Shown here: one piece after another, positions 14,425 to 27,880 of the stretch
How the letters are laid out: each line of letters opens with the position of its first letter
Numbering within the stretch: position 1 is the stretch's first letter
NCBI GenBank assembly: GCA_964016885.1
Contig: OZ024759.1
Span: 28,024,001-28,088,000 of the forward strand
Direction of reading: 5' to 3'
Source of the DNA: Eledone cirrhosa
Lineage: Eukaryota
Length of the DNA stretch: 64,000 nucleotides
Position numbers and translations under genes: made by a program
The notes under the pieces: model-generated
The model's input: the letters and a program-made list of their open reading frames with translations, nothing else
What the model was told of the DNA's origin: nothing
Databases searched by the model: none

Positions 14425-15963
14425 AGTAGTAGTGGTGGTTGTGGTGGTGGTGGTAGTAGTGGTAGTGGTGGTGGTGGCAGTAGTGGTGGTGGCAGTAGTG
14501 GTTGTAGTGGTTGTAGTGGTAGTGGTGATGGTGATGGTGGGTGCTGGCAGTAGTGGTGGAAGTGGGTGGTAGTAGTGGTGGTGGTGGGTGGTAGTAGTAG
14601 TGGTGGTAGTAGTGGTGGCGGTAGTAGTGGTGGCAGTGGTTGTGATGGTGGTGGTAGTAGTAGTCGTTGTAGTGGTGGTAGTAGAAGTAGTGGTGGTGGT
14701 GGTGGCGGTAGTAGTGGTGGTGGTAGTAGTGGTGGCAGTGGTTGTCGTGGTAGTAGTAGTAGTGGTGGTGGTGGTAGTATTGGCGGTGATGGTGGTGTGT
14801 TAGTGGTGGTGGTGGTAGTGGTGGTTGTAGTGGTAGTAGTGGTGGTGGTGGCGGTGGTAGTAGTGGTGTCAGTGGTTGTGGTAGTATTGGCGGTGATGGT
14901 GGTGTGTTAGTGGTGGTGGTAGTAGTGGTGGTTGTAGTGGTAGTAGTGGTGGTGGTGGTGGTGGTAGTAGTGGTGTCAGTGGTTGTGGTGGTGGTGGCAG
15001 TAGTAGTGGTGGTGGTAGTATTGGCGGTGATGGTGGTGTGTTAGTGGTGGTGGTAGTAGTGGTGGTTGTGGTGGTAGTAGTGGTAGTGGTGGCGGTGGTA
15101 GTAGTGGTGTCAGTGGTTGTGGTAGTATTGGCGGTGATGGTGGTGTGTTAGTGGTGGTGGTAGTAGTGGTGGTTGTGGTGGTAGTAGTGGTGGTGGTGGT
15201 AGTATTGGCGGTGATGGTGGTGTGTTAGTGGTGGTGGTAGTAGTGGTGGTTGTGGTGGTAGTAGTGGTGGTGGTAGTAGTGGTGGTGGTAGTATTGGCGG
15301 TGATGGTGGTGTGGTAGTGGTGGTGGTAGTAGTGGTGGTATTGGTGGTATTGGTAGTAGTGGTGGTGGTGGTAGTACTAGTGGTGGTTGTGGTGGTATTG
15401 GTAGTAGTGGTGGTGGTGGTGGTGGTAGTGGTAGTAGTAGTAGTGGTGGTAGTGGTAGTACTAGTGGTGGTAGTGGTGGTATTGGTAGTAGTGGTGGTGG
15501 TGGTGGTGGTAGTGGTAGTGTTGGTAGTAGAAGTTGTGGTAGTAGTAGTAGAGGCAACAGCAGTAGTAGTAGTAGTATTAATAACAGCAGTAGTGGTAGT
15601 GGTAGTAGAAACAGCAGCAGTAGTAGCAGTAGTAGTAATATTGTAGTAGTAGTAGTAGTTGAAGTAGTAGTAGTAGTAGTAGTAGTTGCAGCAGAAATGG
15701 TAGTAGTAGTAGTAGTAGTAGCAATAGTAGTAACAGCAGTAGTAGTAGTAGTAGTAGTAGTAACAGCAGTAGTAGTAGTAGTAGTAGTAGCAGCAGTAGT
15801 AGTAGTAGCAGCAGCAGTAGTAGTAGTAGTAGTAGCAGCAGCAGTAGTAGTAGTAGTAGTAGTAGCAGCAGTAGTAGTAGTAGCAGCAGCAGTAGTAGTA
15901 GTAGTAGTAGCAGCAGTAGTAGTAGTAGTAGCAGCAGTAGTAGTAGCAGCAGCAGCAGTAGTA
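14425..15963. repeat. (GTG/GTA/GCA)n triplet low-complexity array
   Basis: Directly visible, with a recurring sub-block TATTGGCGGTGATGGTGGTGTGTTAG. Confidence 0.9.
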
Positions 15964-16304
15964 ATGTGTCAACGCCATTTGTGACGTAACATCTAATTAC
16001 ATATAAAATATCAATGAAGTAAAACTAGGAACACTAAGCTACGTTAATATAAGAAATCAGGGGAGGTCACTCTCGTTACAGTCCCTATTAATATTAATTT
16101 GTAACGTCAATTATATATATTATTACAATTACTGTTGAGTGGCCGAAAAATATTACGCTCATACACACTCACGCACACTCACGCAGACACGCACAGATAC
16201 ACACACACACACGCAGACACACACAGATACGCGTTCACACGTGCATGCATGCACACACGAGCACGCGCGCGCGCATACACATTAGCACGCGCGCACGCAC
16301 CCGT

Positions 16305-17220
16305 ATGGTAGTATTGGTGGTTGTATTGGTGGTGGTGGTATTGAGACTGGTAGTTTTATTGTTGTTGTTAGTAGCGTTGGTGATGGTAGTGTTGGTGTTG
16401 ATAGTAGCGGTGGTGATAGGGGTGGTGTTGGTAGTAGTGGTGGTGGTTGTGGTTGCGGTGCTAGTATTGGTGGTGGTGGTGGTGGTAGTACTGGTGATAA
16501 TAGTAATGTTGGTGTTGGTGATGGTGGTGGTAGTGATTGTGTTGGTGGTGATCGTAGTGGTGCTGTAGGTAGTGGTGTTGGTAGTGGTGGTGTGGGTGTT
16601 GATGATGGTAGTTGTGGTTGCGGTGCTAGTATTGGTGATAATAATGGTGTTGGTAGTGGTGGTGTTGGTGGTAGCATTGGTGATGGTAGTGGTGTTGGTG
16701 TTGGTAGTAGTAGTGGTGGTGGTGAGTGTAGTACTATTGGTGATGGTAGTGGTGTTGGTGTTGGTAGTGGAGGTGGTGGTGGTGGCGGTAGTAGTAGTAC
16801 TGTTGATTGTAGAGATGTTGGTGGTGGCGGTGGTAGTATTGGTGATGGTAGTGGTGGTGGTGGTAGTAGTGGTGTTGCTGGTAGTAGTGGTGTTGCTGGT
16901 GCTGAGTGTAATACCATTGGTGATGGTAGTGATGTTGGTGTTGGTAGTGGTGGAAGTGGTGCTGGCGGTAGTAGTAGTACTGGTGATGGTAATGGTGTTG
17001 GTGTTGGAACTGGTGGTGGTGATAGTAGTGTTGGTGTTGGTAGTGGTGGAGGTGGTGGTGGCGGTAGTAGTAGCAATGGTGATTTTAGTGGTGTTGGTGT
17101 TGGTAGTGGTGATGGTAGTATTGGTGTTGATAGTGCTGGAGGTGGTGGTGGCGGTAGTAGTAGTACAGGAGATTGTAGTGGTGTTGGTGGTAGGACTGAA
17201 GGTGGTGGTGTTGTTAGTTG
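16305..17220. repeat. Degenerate (GTG/TTG/GTA)n array
   Basis: Directly visible. Confidence 0.85.
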
Positions 17221-17981
17221 TGACGTAAAAGGCTCAGACAACGCCTCTGGCGGTAACATCTGTAAACCTATACCATATATCACAATTTACCTTGACAGAA
17301 ACAATTATTCATTTTTTAGGTAATTACAAATGAAAGAAAGAAAGAAAGAATGAATGAAAACCAGTACAAAACAAACAAACCTTCCATTCTTCTCCCCCCC
17401 CCCGTCTCCCCCAATTCATAGTTCCACTAAAATCTATGGATGGCCAGACACAATAGAATTAACACCCACAAAACAATAATTGACACACAGTGTCGAGATT
17501 GTTCCATTAATTATAATGTCAGTTGTTGTTCTTCTTCTTTTTCTTTTTCTTCTTTTTTTCTTCTTGTTTCTTCTTTTTCTTCTTTTTCTTCTTTTTTCTT
17601 TTTCTTTTTCTTCTTCTTTTCTTTTTCTTTTTCTTCTTTTTCTTCTTCTTCTTCTCCATTTTTCATATAGTTTCCTTTCTTTTCCCCTACATTAAACTCT
17701 CTTTATCTTAGTGGAATACATTGTCTATAATTAGTGATGATCGCTCTCGGCAGATGGCAGCACCAAAACAAACTGGTGGTCGTTGTGTTGTTGTTCACGT
17801 TGTTGTTGTTGTGGTGCTTTTATTATCATTATCATTTCTTTTGTTGCTTAATTTCTTGTTTTTGTCTGTCCAATATCCCATCATACCGAATACGTTGTTC
17901 TATATTACTATGTAGTATCATGACCGCTGCCCTTTCACCTCCATTTATCTTATCCCACCAATAACACACCGAATATTTTAG

Positions 17982-18100
17982 TTAAAGTCTGTTCTAAACC
18001 GAAGGCTCATGGACCGGTGTTAATCTCCGGTCTCCTTGGCGTTATGTGACTGAGAGTACCGGACTCTGCCTGGACAGGACGCCAGTCTCTGTCAGGGTTA
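17982..18100 (-). mobile_element. SINE 3' fragment, related to 31981-32180
   Basis: Shares TAAAGTCTG...GGCTCAT...GACTGAGAGTA...TGGACAGGACGC.AGTC with the 32-kb copy. Confidence 0.6.
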
Positions 18101-18159
18101 ACGTCCATTTCGAGCCTGGAAGTTCATCATAATTTGTTGGATGGGAAATACTCTTCAGA

Positions 18160-18258
18160 ATAATGTTACTCAATAAAGTGCGCAACTCGGAGATCAGGGA
18201 GTCACTCCAGGTAGAGCCGCTACTTCTCTGAATTGCGAGATCACAGCTCAGATACTAG
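18160..18258 (+). mobile_element. RTE LINE fragment, same family as 4098-4575
   Basis: LLNKVRNSEIRESLQVEPLLL*IARSQLRY matches the 4.2-kb fragment. Confidence 0.75.
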
Positions 18259-18264
18259 ATGATA

Positions 18265-19695
18265 TTTGTATGTTTGGTGCATAGTAAGCACCAAAGTGGC
18301 TCTGACACGCGTGTATGGTTGATATCCTGTACGTTTGATGTATAGAGAACACCACAGTGGCTCTGTCTGACACGACATGGACACATGTATGGTAATATCT
18401 TGTATGTTTGCATAGAAAACACAACAGTGGCTTTGTCTGACATGACATGGACACATGTATAGGTAATACTTGTATGTTTGATGTAGAGACAACACCACAG
18501 TGGCTCTGTCTGACACGACATGGACACATGTATGGTAATATCTTGTATGTTTGCATAGAAAACACAACAGTGGCTTTGTCTGACATGACATGGACACATG
18601 TATAGGTAATACTTGTATGTTTGATGTAGAGACAACACCACAGTGGCTCTGTCTGACACGACATGGACACATGTATAGGTAATATCTTGTATGTTTGCAT
18701 AGAAAACACAACAGTGGCTTTGTCTGACATGTATAGGTAATACTTGTATGTTTGATGTAGAGACAACACCACAGTGGCTCTGTCTGACACGACATGGACA
18801 CATGTATAGGTAATATCTTGTATGTTTGCATAGAAAACACCACAGTGGCTCTGTCTGACATGACATGGACACATGTATAGGTAATACTTGTATGTTTGAT
18901 GTAGAGACAACACCACAGTGGCTCTGTCTGACACGACATGGACACATGTATAGGTAACTAGCAGTGGTACCCGGCGTTGCACGGGATAAGGTATTGTGAA
19001 ATATATAACCGCCTTAGGTAAGCTTAGTATTACCACAACCACGGCTGGCAAAGAAGTAAGGGTCTGGTGGTACGTAAGTAACCAACACTGGCTTAAAACG
19101 TGAGGAAGAAATTGTGTGTACTTACCAACTGTTAAGGGAATGAGTGTGAGATTTGTCTTGAGCAAGGGTGGCATAATAACCGGAGGCAGCAGACAGCCAG
19201 ACATACAGACAGATATTATAAGAGGGCATTCTGGACGCAGAGCGAATTGTAGGAAGTGACGTAATGCAGACAGCCAGACATACAGACATATTATAAGGGT
19301 GCGACGTTATGTGTATGTATCTATCTAAAAAGAGAAAGACTAAGAATTATAGAGAGAGATCGCTAAATCGCCCAATGCAGTCCCTAGGGCATTGAAAATT
19401 TGAAATTTTCTTTGCTCAGAACACTCCTTCAAACATAAGTATTACATGTGTAAAGTTTGAAAACAGTCGGTTGGGTGCTTCTCTAATTTTAGGGATTCAA
19501 ACTCACACACACACAGGCAGACATCCTCAGTTTTATATATATATAGATATCTTGTATAATTGAATAGAAAACATCACAGTGGCTCTGGCTGACACGACAT
19601 ACATGTATAGATATCTTGTATGTTTGATGTATAGAAAACACCACAGTGGCTCTGTCTCACACGACATGGACACATGTATAGGTAATATCCTGTAC
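18265..19695. repeat. ~70/73-bp alternating (143-bp dimer) tandem repeat, interrupted by a Helitron
   Basis: Units start at 18401, 18471 and 18544; the array resumes at 19548. Confidence 0.9.
18958..19547 (-). mobile_element. Non-autonomous Helitron, 590 bp
   Basis: Minus strand starts TCTATATATATA.. and ends CCCGTGCAACGCCGGG hairpin + TACCACTG-CTAG; inserted between A and T with no TSD. Removing it restores the satellite sequence GTATAGGTAA|TATCTTGTAT. Confidence 0.9.
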
Positions 19696-20014
19696 GTTTA
19701 GTATCCACATCAATTAAGTTCTTTCTTCCTTCACAGTTGCCTTATTTAATAAAGAATAATATATAATTTGTAATATGGAACGATATATTTTTAGCTTTTT
19801 CCTTTGAGTCTACACGAATACAACTAAAATAGTTTATTCCTATCAAAGTCCAAATATGGTGATTCTACCAATGTTTTCTCTTTTATTTTATAGTTTATTC
19901 ATAGCGTAACTTTGATTATTTCTTTCAAGTGAAGCACTACCATTGTTGTTCCTCTCCATAAACTCTCACTCATTGATTATTCCATCCACATCGGTACTTT
20001 TAACTGAACAGACC

Positions 20015-20430
20015 TGAAGAAGAAGAAGAAGAAGAAGAAGAAGACGGAGAAGGGGGAGAAGAATAAGAAAGAGAAGACAAAGACGAAGAAAAAAACCAGA
20101 GAAAACGAAAGAGAAGACGAAGAAAGAGGAGAATAACAAGACGAAGGAGAAGGAGAAGAAGATTAAGAATAAGAAAGACGATGAAGAAAACGACGACGAC
20201 GATGAAGAAGAAGAAAGAGAAGATTAAGACTAAGAAGACGAAGAACAAAAGATAAAGTCGAAGAAGAAAAAGAAGACGAAGGAAGAAGAAAAAGAAGACG
20301 AAGGAAGAAGAAAAGAAGACGAAGGAAGAAGAAAAAGAAGACGAAGGAAGAAGAAAAAGAAGACGAAGGAAGAAGAAGACGAAGGAAGAAGAAAAAGACA
20401 AAGGATGAAGAAAAAGCAGAAGACGAAACA
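20015..20430. repeat. GAA-rich purine tract with ~22-bp subunit GAAGGAAGAAGAAAAAGAAGAC
   Basis: Directly visible. Confidence 0.85.
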
Positions 20431-20749
20431 AGGAGAACCTCCTCATCACGTGACTTAATCGATAATAGTCAAAGAAACGAAACACTTTCTGCTTTACTTA
20501 AATATATTTTTCCACTTGAGGTTGTCTGTATTAAACGGTTAGATCCGCTCTACCGGCCCTTTTACTGCAACTTGTACTGGGGTGTGTTTCTGTGAAGAAG
20601 GGGTGGGGAAATCATAATATAAAGATCAATGAAATGATTGATATTCGTTTGGTGAATATAACACAGAAACATAGAAACCTGATGTGTACACACACACACA
20701 CAAACAGGGTCACATATATACATTCATACAAATAGGCCCTCACGCACGG

Positions 20750-20781
<32 letters not shown>

Positions 20782-20785
20782 ACTG

Positions 20786-20844
<59 letters not shown>

Positions 20845-20852
20845 ACTGTATG

Positions 20853-20921
<69 letters not shown>

Positions 20922-20973
20922 CAGAAATAGCCGTCGAAACGGCTTGAGCTCTGCCGTCGGGGTCATACTTTTT

Positions 20974-21007
<34 letters not shown>

Positions 21008-21022
21008 GAGGTTAAACATTTT

Positions 21023-21069
<47 letters not shown>

Positions 21070-21178
21070 ATGTATATATATATATGTGTATGTATATATA
21101 TATGTGTATGTATATATATATGTGTATGTATATATATATGTATGTATATATATATGTGTATGTATATATATATGTATG

Positions 21179-21218
<40 letters not shown>

Positions 21219-21312
21219 TATGTATGTATATATATATATGTATGTATATATATATATATGTATGTATATATATATATATGTATGTATATATATATGTATG
21301 TATATATATGTG

Positions 21313-21351
<39 letters not shown>

Positions 21352-21480
21352 ATATATATATATATGTATGTATGTATATATATACACACTCTTACCTACA
21401 CACACATAAATATACACACTTACACGCGCACACAGACATATATGTACACACACACGCACACACACATGCACACACACATG

Positions 21481-21590
<110 letters not shown>

Positions 21591-21670
21591 GAGGTTATAT
21601 TTAATTTGTTGGGATTCAACAAGCTTTTTGCAGGGTATGTCAATATTTATTTATAAAACAAATCTGTATT

Positions 21671-21738
21671 GTATTTTATCTGATGAAAGCGCACCATAAT
21701 TTGCCTTGGTGGCCCTTGAAATATGTATAATAAAATAT
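21671..21738 (+). ncRNA. Hammerhead motif, family A copy 2
   Basis: uauuuuau-CUGAUGA(21680)-AAGCGCACCA(loop)UGGUGGCCCUU-GAAA(21718)-UAUGUA-UAAUAAAAUA. Confidence 0.65.
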
Positions 21739-22074
21739 ATATGATTTTATAAATATAGCTTCCATTTGTTAATATATTGTTTATATATATATATATATAA
21801 TATAAACATATATATACACATACAGATGCAATCTTACACATAGACACAGGCATACACATAATAGAGAAACGAAAGCTGATATAGAGGCAGAGGCGTTATT
21901 GAGAAAAACACGTCTAAGAAAAACCATAATTGCCAAGATCATTAACTAGGTATCATATTGTTAGAGAGGGGGTGTGGGAGAGAGAGAGAGAGAGGGTGAG
22001 AGTGTGAGAGGGAGGAGAGAAAGCGAGGATGGGAGATAGAGAGAACGAACGGTGAGAGAGGGAAGGAGAGGGTG

Positions 22075-22119
<45 letters not shown>

Positions 22120-22987
22120 TGATGTGGTTTCGATTAGTTAACTCTGCAATCTGTTTTAGAATGTCACTGGTTAAGGCTAATTTATGGCTTAACAACAACA
22201 ACAGCAACAGCAATAACAACAACAACAGCAATAACAACAACAACAGCAAAATGCAATAACATCAACAACATCAATAACAGCAGCAACAACAACAACAGCG
22301 ATAACAACAACAACAACATCAGCAGCGATAACAACATCAACAACAACAGCGATAACAACAACTATAACAACAACAACAACAGCGATAATAACAATAACAA
22401 CAGCAGCAATAACAACAACAACAACAACAACAACAGCAATAACAACAATAAGAAAGTCATGGTGGAAATCAATTAGCAAAAAAAAGAAGAAGAAAAAAGA
22501 AAAAATGTTTATGGCCTTTTATAGAGTAGGAAAGAACATTCGATCTTTGACTTTCAATGTGACACCTCCTGATATGTTTCAGGGTTATTGAACCTCAACA
22601 GTTAGTTCCAAAGTCTGCAACTAGCTGTTGAAATATATATATAGATATATGTATACATATATAGATATATGTATACATATATAAATATATGTAAACATAT
22701 ATAAATATATGTATACATATATAAATATATGTATACTTATATAAATATATGTAAACATATAAATATATTTGTTTTGCGAGGTTTTTGATATGAAATCGTG
22801 TGTCGAAACAATATTGTTATACTTGGGGAGGGTCATATTGTTGTAATAATATTGCCAGAAATAATAAGAGAACACACTGACTGTTTGGTTGGTTTTCGCT
22901 TCTGTATCTTTTATATCTCCACAGTTTGGTCCTCAATGATTATAATTGACTGACCAACGGTCAAAAATACAGATATAAACACATATA

Positions 22988-23042
22988 TATAGTCTAACAA
23001 AGTTCTTTCGTTGCACATCTGCAACATCATCAGTGGTACTAT
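22988..23042 (-). ncRNA. Type I hammerhead ribozyme motif, family B copy 1
   Basis: AUAGUACCA-CUGAUGA-U-GUUGCA(gaug)UGCAAC-GAAAG-AA-CUU-UGUUAGACUAU: perfect 6-bp stem II, predicted CUU site. Confidence 0.75.
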
Positions 23043-23257
23043 TATGTTCCCTCCTATTGTATTGTATGTCTACGCCATTTTAATTTTATCTGTCTATTTA
23101 TTTATTTACTTTTGTCTTCCTCTCTTCGCATGCGTTTGCGTGTGTGTATAGTGTTTGGTGTGTGTGTTCGCGTTTGGGTGACTGTTTTGGTTATTGTATT
23201 CTATCTTAGTTTACTAGTGTGTGTTTATATGTGTTTGTTGTTATTGTGCTTGTGTAT

Positions 23258-23288
<31 letters not shown>

Positions 23289-23739
23289 TATTTCTCATAA
23301 GTCATTATTGTTTGTTTGGGTGTTGTTATTCCATTCATTTTTTTCTGTTTAGCTTTGGCCTTCTAAACTCTATTTCTATACATATAAATATATGTATACA
23401 TATATAAATATATGTAAGCATATATAAATATATATAAACATATATAAATATATATAAACATATATAAATATATATAAACATATATAAATATATATAAACA
23501 TATACAAATATATGTATACATATATAAATATATGTATACATATATATATATATATATGTATACTTATATATTTGGGGAGGGTCATATTGTTGTAATAATA
23601 TTGCCAGAATTAATAACAGAACACACTCACTGTTTGGTTGCTTTTCGCTTTTGTATCTTTTATATCAGTTAATTTATTCGGTCCTCAATGTTTACCATTG
23701 ACTGACCAACGGTCAAAAATACAGATATAAACACATATA

Positions 23740-23794
23740 TATAGTCTAACAAAGTTCTTTCGTTGCACATCTGCAACATCGTCAGTGGTGCTAT
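23740..23794 (-). ncRNA. Type I hammerhead ribozyme motif, family B copy 2
   Basis: As copy 1 but with core CUGACGA; the core change is at the variable N7 position. Confidence 0.75.
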
Positions 23795-24130
23795 GATGTA
23801 TCCCCCTGTTGTATTGTATGTCTACGCCATCTTTATTTAATCTGTTTATTTATTTATTTATTTATTTATTTATTTTTGTCTTCTCTGCGCATGCGTTTGC
23901 GTGTGTGTATAGTGTTTGATGTGGGTGTTCGTGTTTGGGTGAAAACTAATATACTTATATAAATATATGGAAACATATATAAATATATGTATACATATAT
24001 AAATATATGTATACATATATAAATATATATAAACATATATAAACATATATAAATATATGTATACATATATAAATATATATAAACATATATAAACATATAT
24101 AAATATATGTATACATATATATATATATAT

Positions 24131-24265
24131 TGGCAGAGTCGGCTAGAATGCTTTATGGTATTCGTTCCAGCTTTCTGCTCTCTGATTTGCTTTCAAATCC
24201 TGCTGAGGTCAACTTTGTCTTTCATCTTTTCGAAGTCGATAGAATAAAGTACCAGTCTCGTACTG
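24131..24265 (+). mobile_element. SINE family 1, diverged
   Basis: TGGCAGAGTCGG A-box-like start, TTCAAATCC, CTTTCATCTTTTCGAAGTCGATAGAATAAAGTACCAG. Confidence 0.75.
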
Positions 24266-24482
24266 GGCTCTATTCTTCCTCTATATATCTCTCTCACCCC
24301 CTCTCTCTCTATCCCTCTCTCTCTATCCCACTTTCTATCTTTCTCTGGAAGAAATCTGCTGTACTCAGGCCTGGAGAAGGATGGGCTCTGCCTGGCTTAA
24401 AACGCCCAAGAAACGCCGTATGTCAATACAGCACCCACTGACTCTATCAGGAGTTACAGGACCATAGCTATATAAGTATATG

Positions 24483-24627
<145 letters not shown>

Positions 24628-24723
24628 GTGTATATATATATATATATATGTATGTATATATATATATATATATATGTGTATATATATGTATATATATATA
24701 TATATATATGTATGTATATGTAT

Positions 24724-24724
<1 letters not shown>

Positions 24725-24768
<44 letters not shown>

Positions 24769-25280
24769 GTTTAACGTCCGTGTTCCATGCTTGCATGGGT
24801 TTGGACGGGAGTTTTCCCACTTGAGGCAATAGTGGTTGTGTTGCTCGCATAGGACTGTCTGGCGGGTTTTCTACAGTTGGATGCCCTTCCTAACACCAAC
24901 CACATTTACAGTGTGGGGCTGGGAGGTTTTTACCGTGTTGCCTACACGGTCACATTACAGCGTGGACTGTGTGTTTTTTTTTCGTGACACCTACACGACC
25001 TCATTTGTTTCGGCCTGGATTTTGTGGCACCAACATAACTTTACATTGAAAGGGGCGGTGTGGATGGGGTGGGGGTGGTGGGACGGGGGTGTATTTTGTT
25101 AGAGATGCCTACTGACTGTAGTAGGTTTTACTTTGTATTTAGGTAAGGCGGGTCTTCTCTGTTACTGAGTACCGCCAAAGGTCTCGGTCCAGGGACATTG
25201 TCTTGGAGAGGTGTAAGTGTGTGAGGTCGGAATTTATCAGCTCGTCCCAGGTTTTTCTGGGTCTGCCTACTCCGTGGCTA
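24725..25280 (-). mobile_element. 5'-truncated RTE LINE (ORF end, 3' UTR, (GAT)n tail) inserted in (TA)n
   Basis: Minus frame RAIKIDGSHGVGRPRKTWDELINSDLTHLHLSKTMSLDRDLWRYSVTEKTRLT*, then UTR ending CATGGAACACGGACGTTAAAC(GAT)n. Confidence 0.85.
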
Positions 25281-25298
25281 CCATCTATCTTTATTGCC

Positions 25299-25371
<73 letters not shown>

Positions 25372-25570
25372 ATATTCATGATGGCTGCCCCTCTCGTTAT
25401 CGACTATGGCCATTGCACGAAATAACATTATTCATAATCATCAATTAAGCTATCATGCTATGCCTGAGCGTGGAGTTTGTTTTCAAAGTGAGGACTCAAT
25501 CCCACTCTCTGAGCGACAGTAACTATATACATACATACATACATACATACATACACATACATACATACAT

Positions 25571-25623
<53 letters not shown>

Positions 25624-25820
25624 TACATACATACATACATACATACATACATACATGTATATATATATATATATACGGTGTATATGATTCCCAGAGCTAT
25701 TGTTATGCTGTATGTTCCAGAGAGATGTAGTGATTAATGTCCTATCATTCAATGTTTCTATCTGATCAATTGTGTAAACATTCCCACTCTATACACAAAT
25801 ACTATCTACACCCATCTGTG

Positions 25821-25875
<55 letters not shown>

Positions 25876-25876
25876 G

Positions 25877-25911
<35 letters not shown>

Positions 25912-25977
25912 GTAAATATATATATATATATATATATTTACACAAATATATATATATACACACACACACACATATAC

Positions 25978-26011
<34 letters not shown>

Positions 26012-26069
26012 GTGTATATATATATATATAAATATATATATATATGTGTATATATATATATTTGTGTAA

Positions 26070-26123
<54 letters not shown>

Positions 26124-26331
26124 TCACCTATGACCTTTTATTCAAATAACAATCCCACGCTATTCTTTATATATATATATACATATATATGTTAACATGT
26201 ATGTATATATTTTATGTATATATATATGCATATATATGTGTGTGTTAGAATGTTTACACAATTGATCAGAAAGAACCACTGAGTGATAGCGTATTAATCA
26301 GTACATCTCTCAGGATATATATATATATATA

Positions 26332-26404
<73 letters not shown>

Positions 26405-26984
26405 ACACACACACACACACATATGTATATATATATATATATATATGTGTGTGCGTGTGTGTGTGTATCCATATATATGTATATTTGTATACATATATGT
26501 GTGTTAGTGTATTTGTTTGGAGTAATCGTTTTGTTTGTGTATCGGCAAGTTCAAAAGATGGTAGTGTATCTCGTATATAAACATATATCTTTATATTGTA
26601 GCTAGATGTGCGTGAACCACACAATACAGCCTTTAATCCGTCCCTACGAAGGTTTTCTTCATTTAAAATGTCCCAACAACGAACTTAGAAGTAGTCAGTG
26701 TGCCTTGACTGATGTCAGTGAACATCATAGATACATGAATATATTTATTTAGTGAATGGAGAACCGACAGGAGCCCGAGAGTTGAACCCTGAACTTGAAT
26801 ATATTTACTTAGATAATGAAACGCGACAGGAGTCCCAGGGTTAAAGGGTTAAACCCCGAACATGAATATATGTATTTAGAGAATGAACAACCGGTCGGAG
26901 GCCCAGGGTTCGACCCCAAGCAAGATGGTGAGATAACATCTATGAACTCGGCTTGGGGATCCAAGCAGATTAATTGGAGACTGT

Positions 26985-27785
26985 GGCATTACCCGTATGT
27001 CATTCTATCGACCCTGTAAGAATAAAAGACAAAGGTAACCTTGGAGGGATTTGCACTCAGAACGTAGAGGGCCATAACTATGTGCCACAAAGCATGTTGA
27101 CCGACGCTCTAACGACTCGGCCAATCCACTACACTTAATGATTTCTGATTTGAGCTCAAGACCAACAATTTTTTGTTAAAGGGAAAGTTGATTAAGTCGA
27201 CTCCAGTGTATTACTGGTACTTTATTTTATCGACCCCGTAAGGATGAAAGGCAAAGTTAACCTCGGCGGGATTTGAACCCAGAACATAAAGGGTCGTAAC
27301 TCTATGCCGCGAAACATATTGTCCGACGCTCTACCGATACTGCCAATCCACCGCCCTATGATGATAGTAATAATAATTGTTTCTATTTTTAGCACAAGGC
27401 CAGCAATTACTCCAGTGCATTACTGGTACTTTATGTTATTGACCCCGTAAAGATGAAAGGCAAAGTTAACCTCGGCGGGATTTAAACTCATACCGTAAAG
27501 GGATGTAACTCTATGTTGCAAAGCATGGCGTCCGACCCTCTACTGATACTGCCAATCTACTACTACAATTAATAATAATTGCTTCTACGTTTAGCACAAG
27601 GCCAGCAATTACCCAGTGTATTACTGGTACTTTATTTTATCGACCCCGTAAGGATGAAAGGCAAAGTTAACCTCGGCGGGATTTGAACTCAGAATGGCAA
27701 GGGCCGTAACTCCATGCGTCAAAGCATGGCGTCCGATCCTCTACCGATACTGCCAATCCACCGCCCTCCACTACAATTAATAATA
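26985..27785 (-). mobile_element. Head-to-tail array of about 4 family-1 SINEs
   Basis: TACTGGTACTTTATTTTATCGACCCCGTAAGGATGAAAGGCAAAGTTAACCTCGGCGGGATTTGAAC repeats about every 200 bp. Confidence 0.9.
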
Positions 27786-27809
27786 ATAACGACCGTGAGG
27801 GAGTGTGAA

Positions 27810-27880
<71 letters not shown>

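Larger units (their letters stand above)
22822..23942 (-). mobile_element. Direct tandem of two ~360-bp hammerhead-bearing repeats (tandem pLTR / retrozyme-like)
   Basis: 22822-23179 is similar to 23572-23942; each copy has a hammerhead, and a 20-bp ATATAAATATATGTATACAT-type repeat lies before, between and after them. Confidence 0.7.

Noticed and set aside
14272-17323. Gly/Ser-, Val-, Pro- or Thr-rich ORFs resembling mucin, extensin or shell proteins
   Set aside because: Open in several frames on both strands, as expected of triplet repeats; no signal peptide or convincing splice structure.
18241-19204. Repetitive Cys/His-rich ORFs in all three minus frames
   Set aside because: Product of the 143-bp tandem repeat; the longest runs across a Helitron junction.
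26500-26690. Minus-strand open frame VRCWDILNEENLRRDGLKAVLCG...
   Set aside because: No recognisable family and no convincing splice donor.
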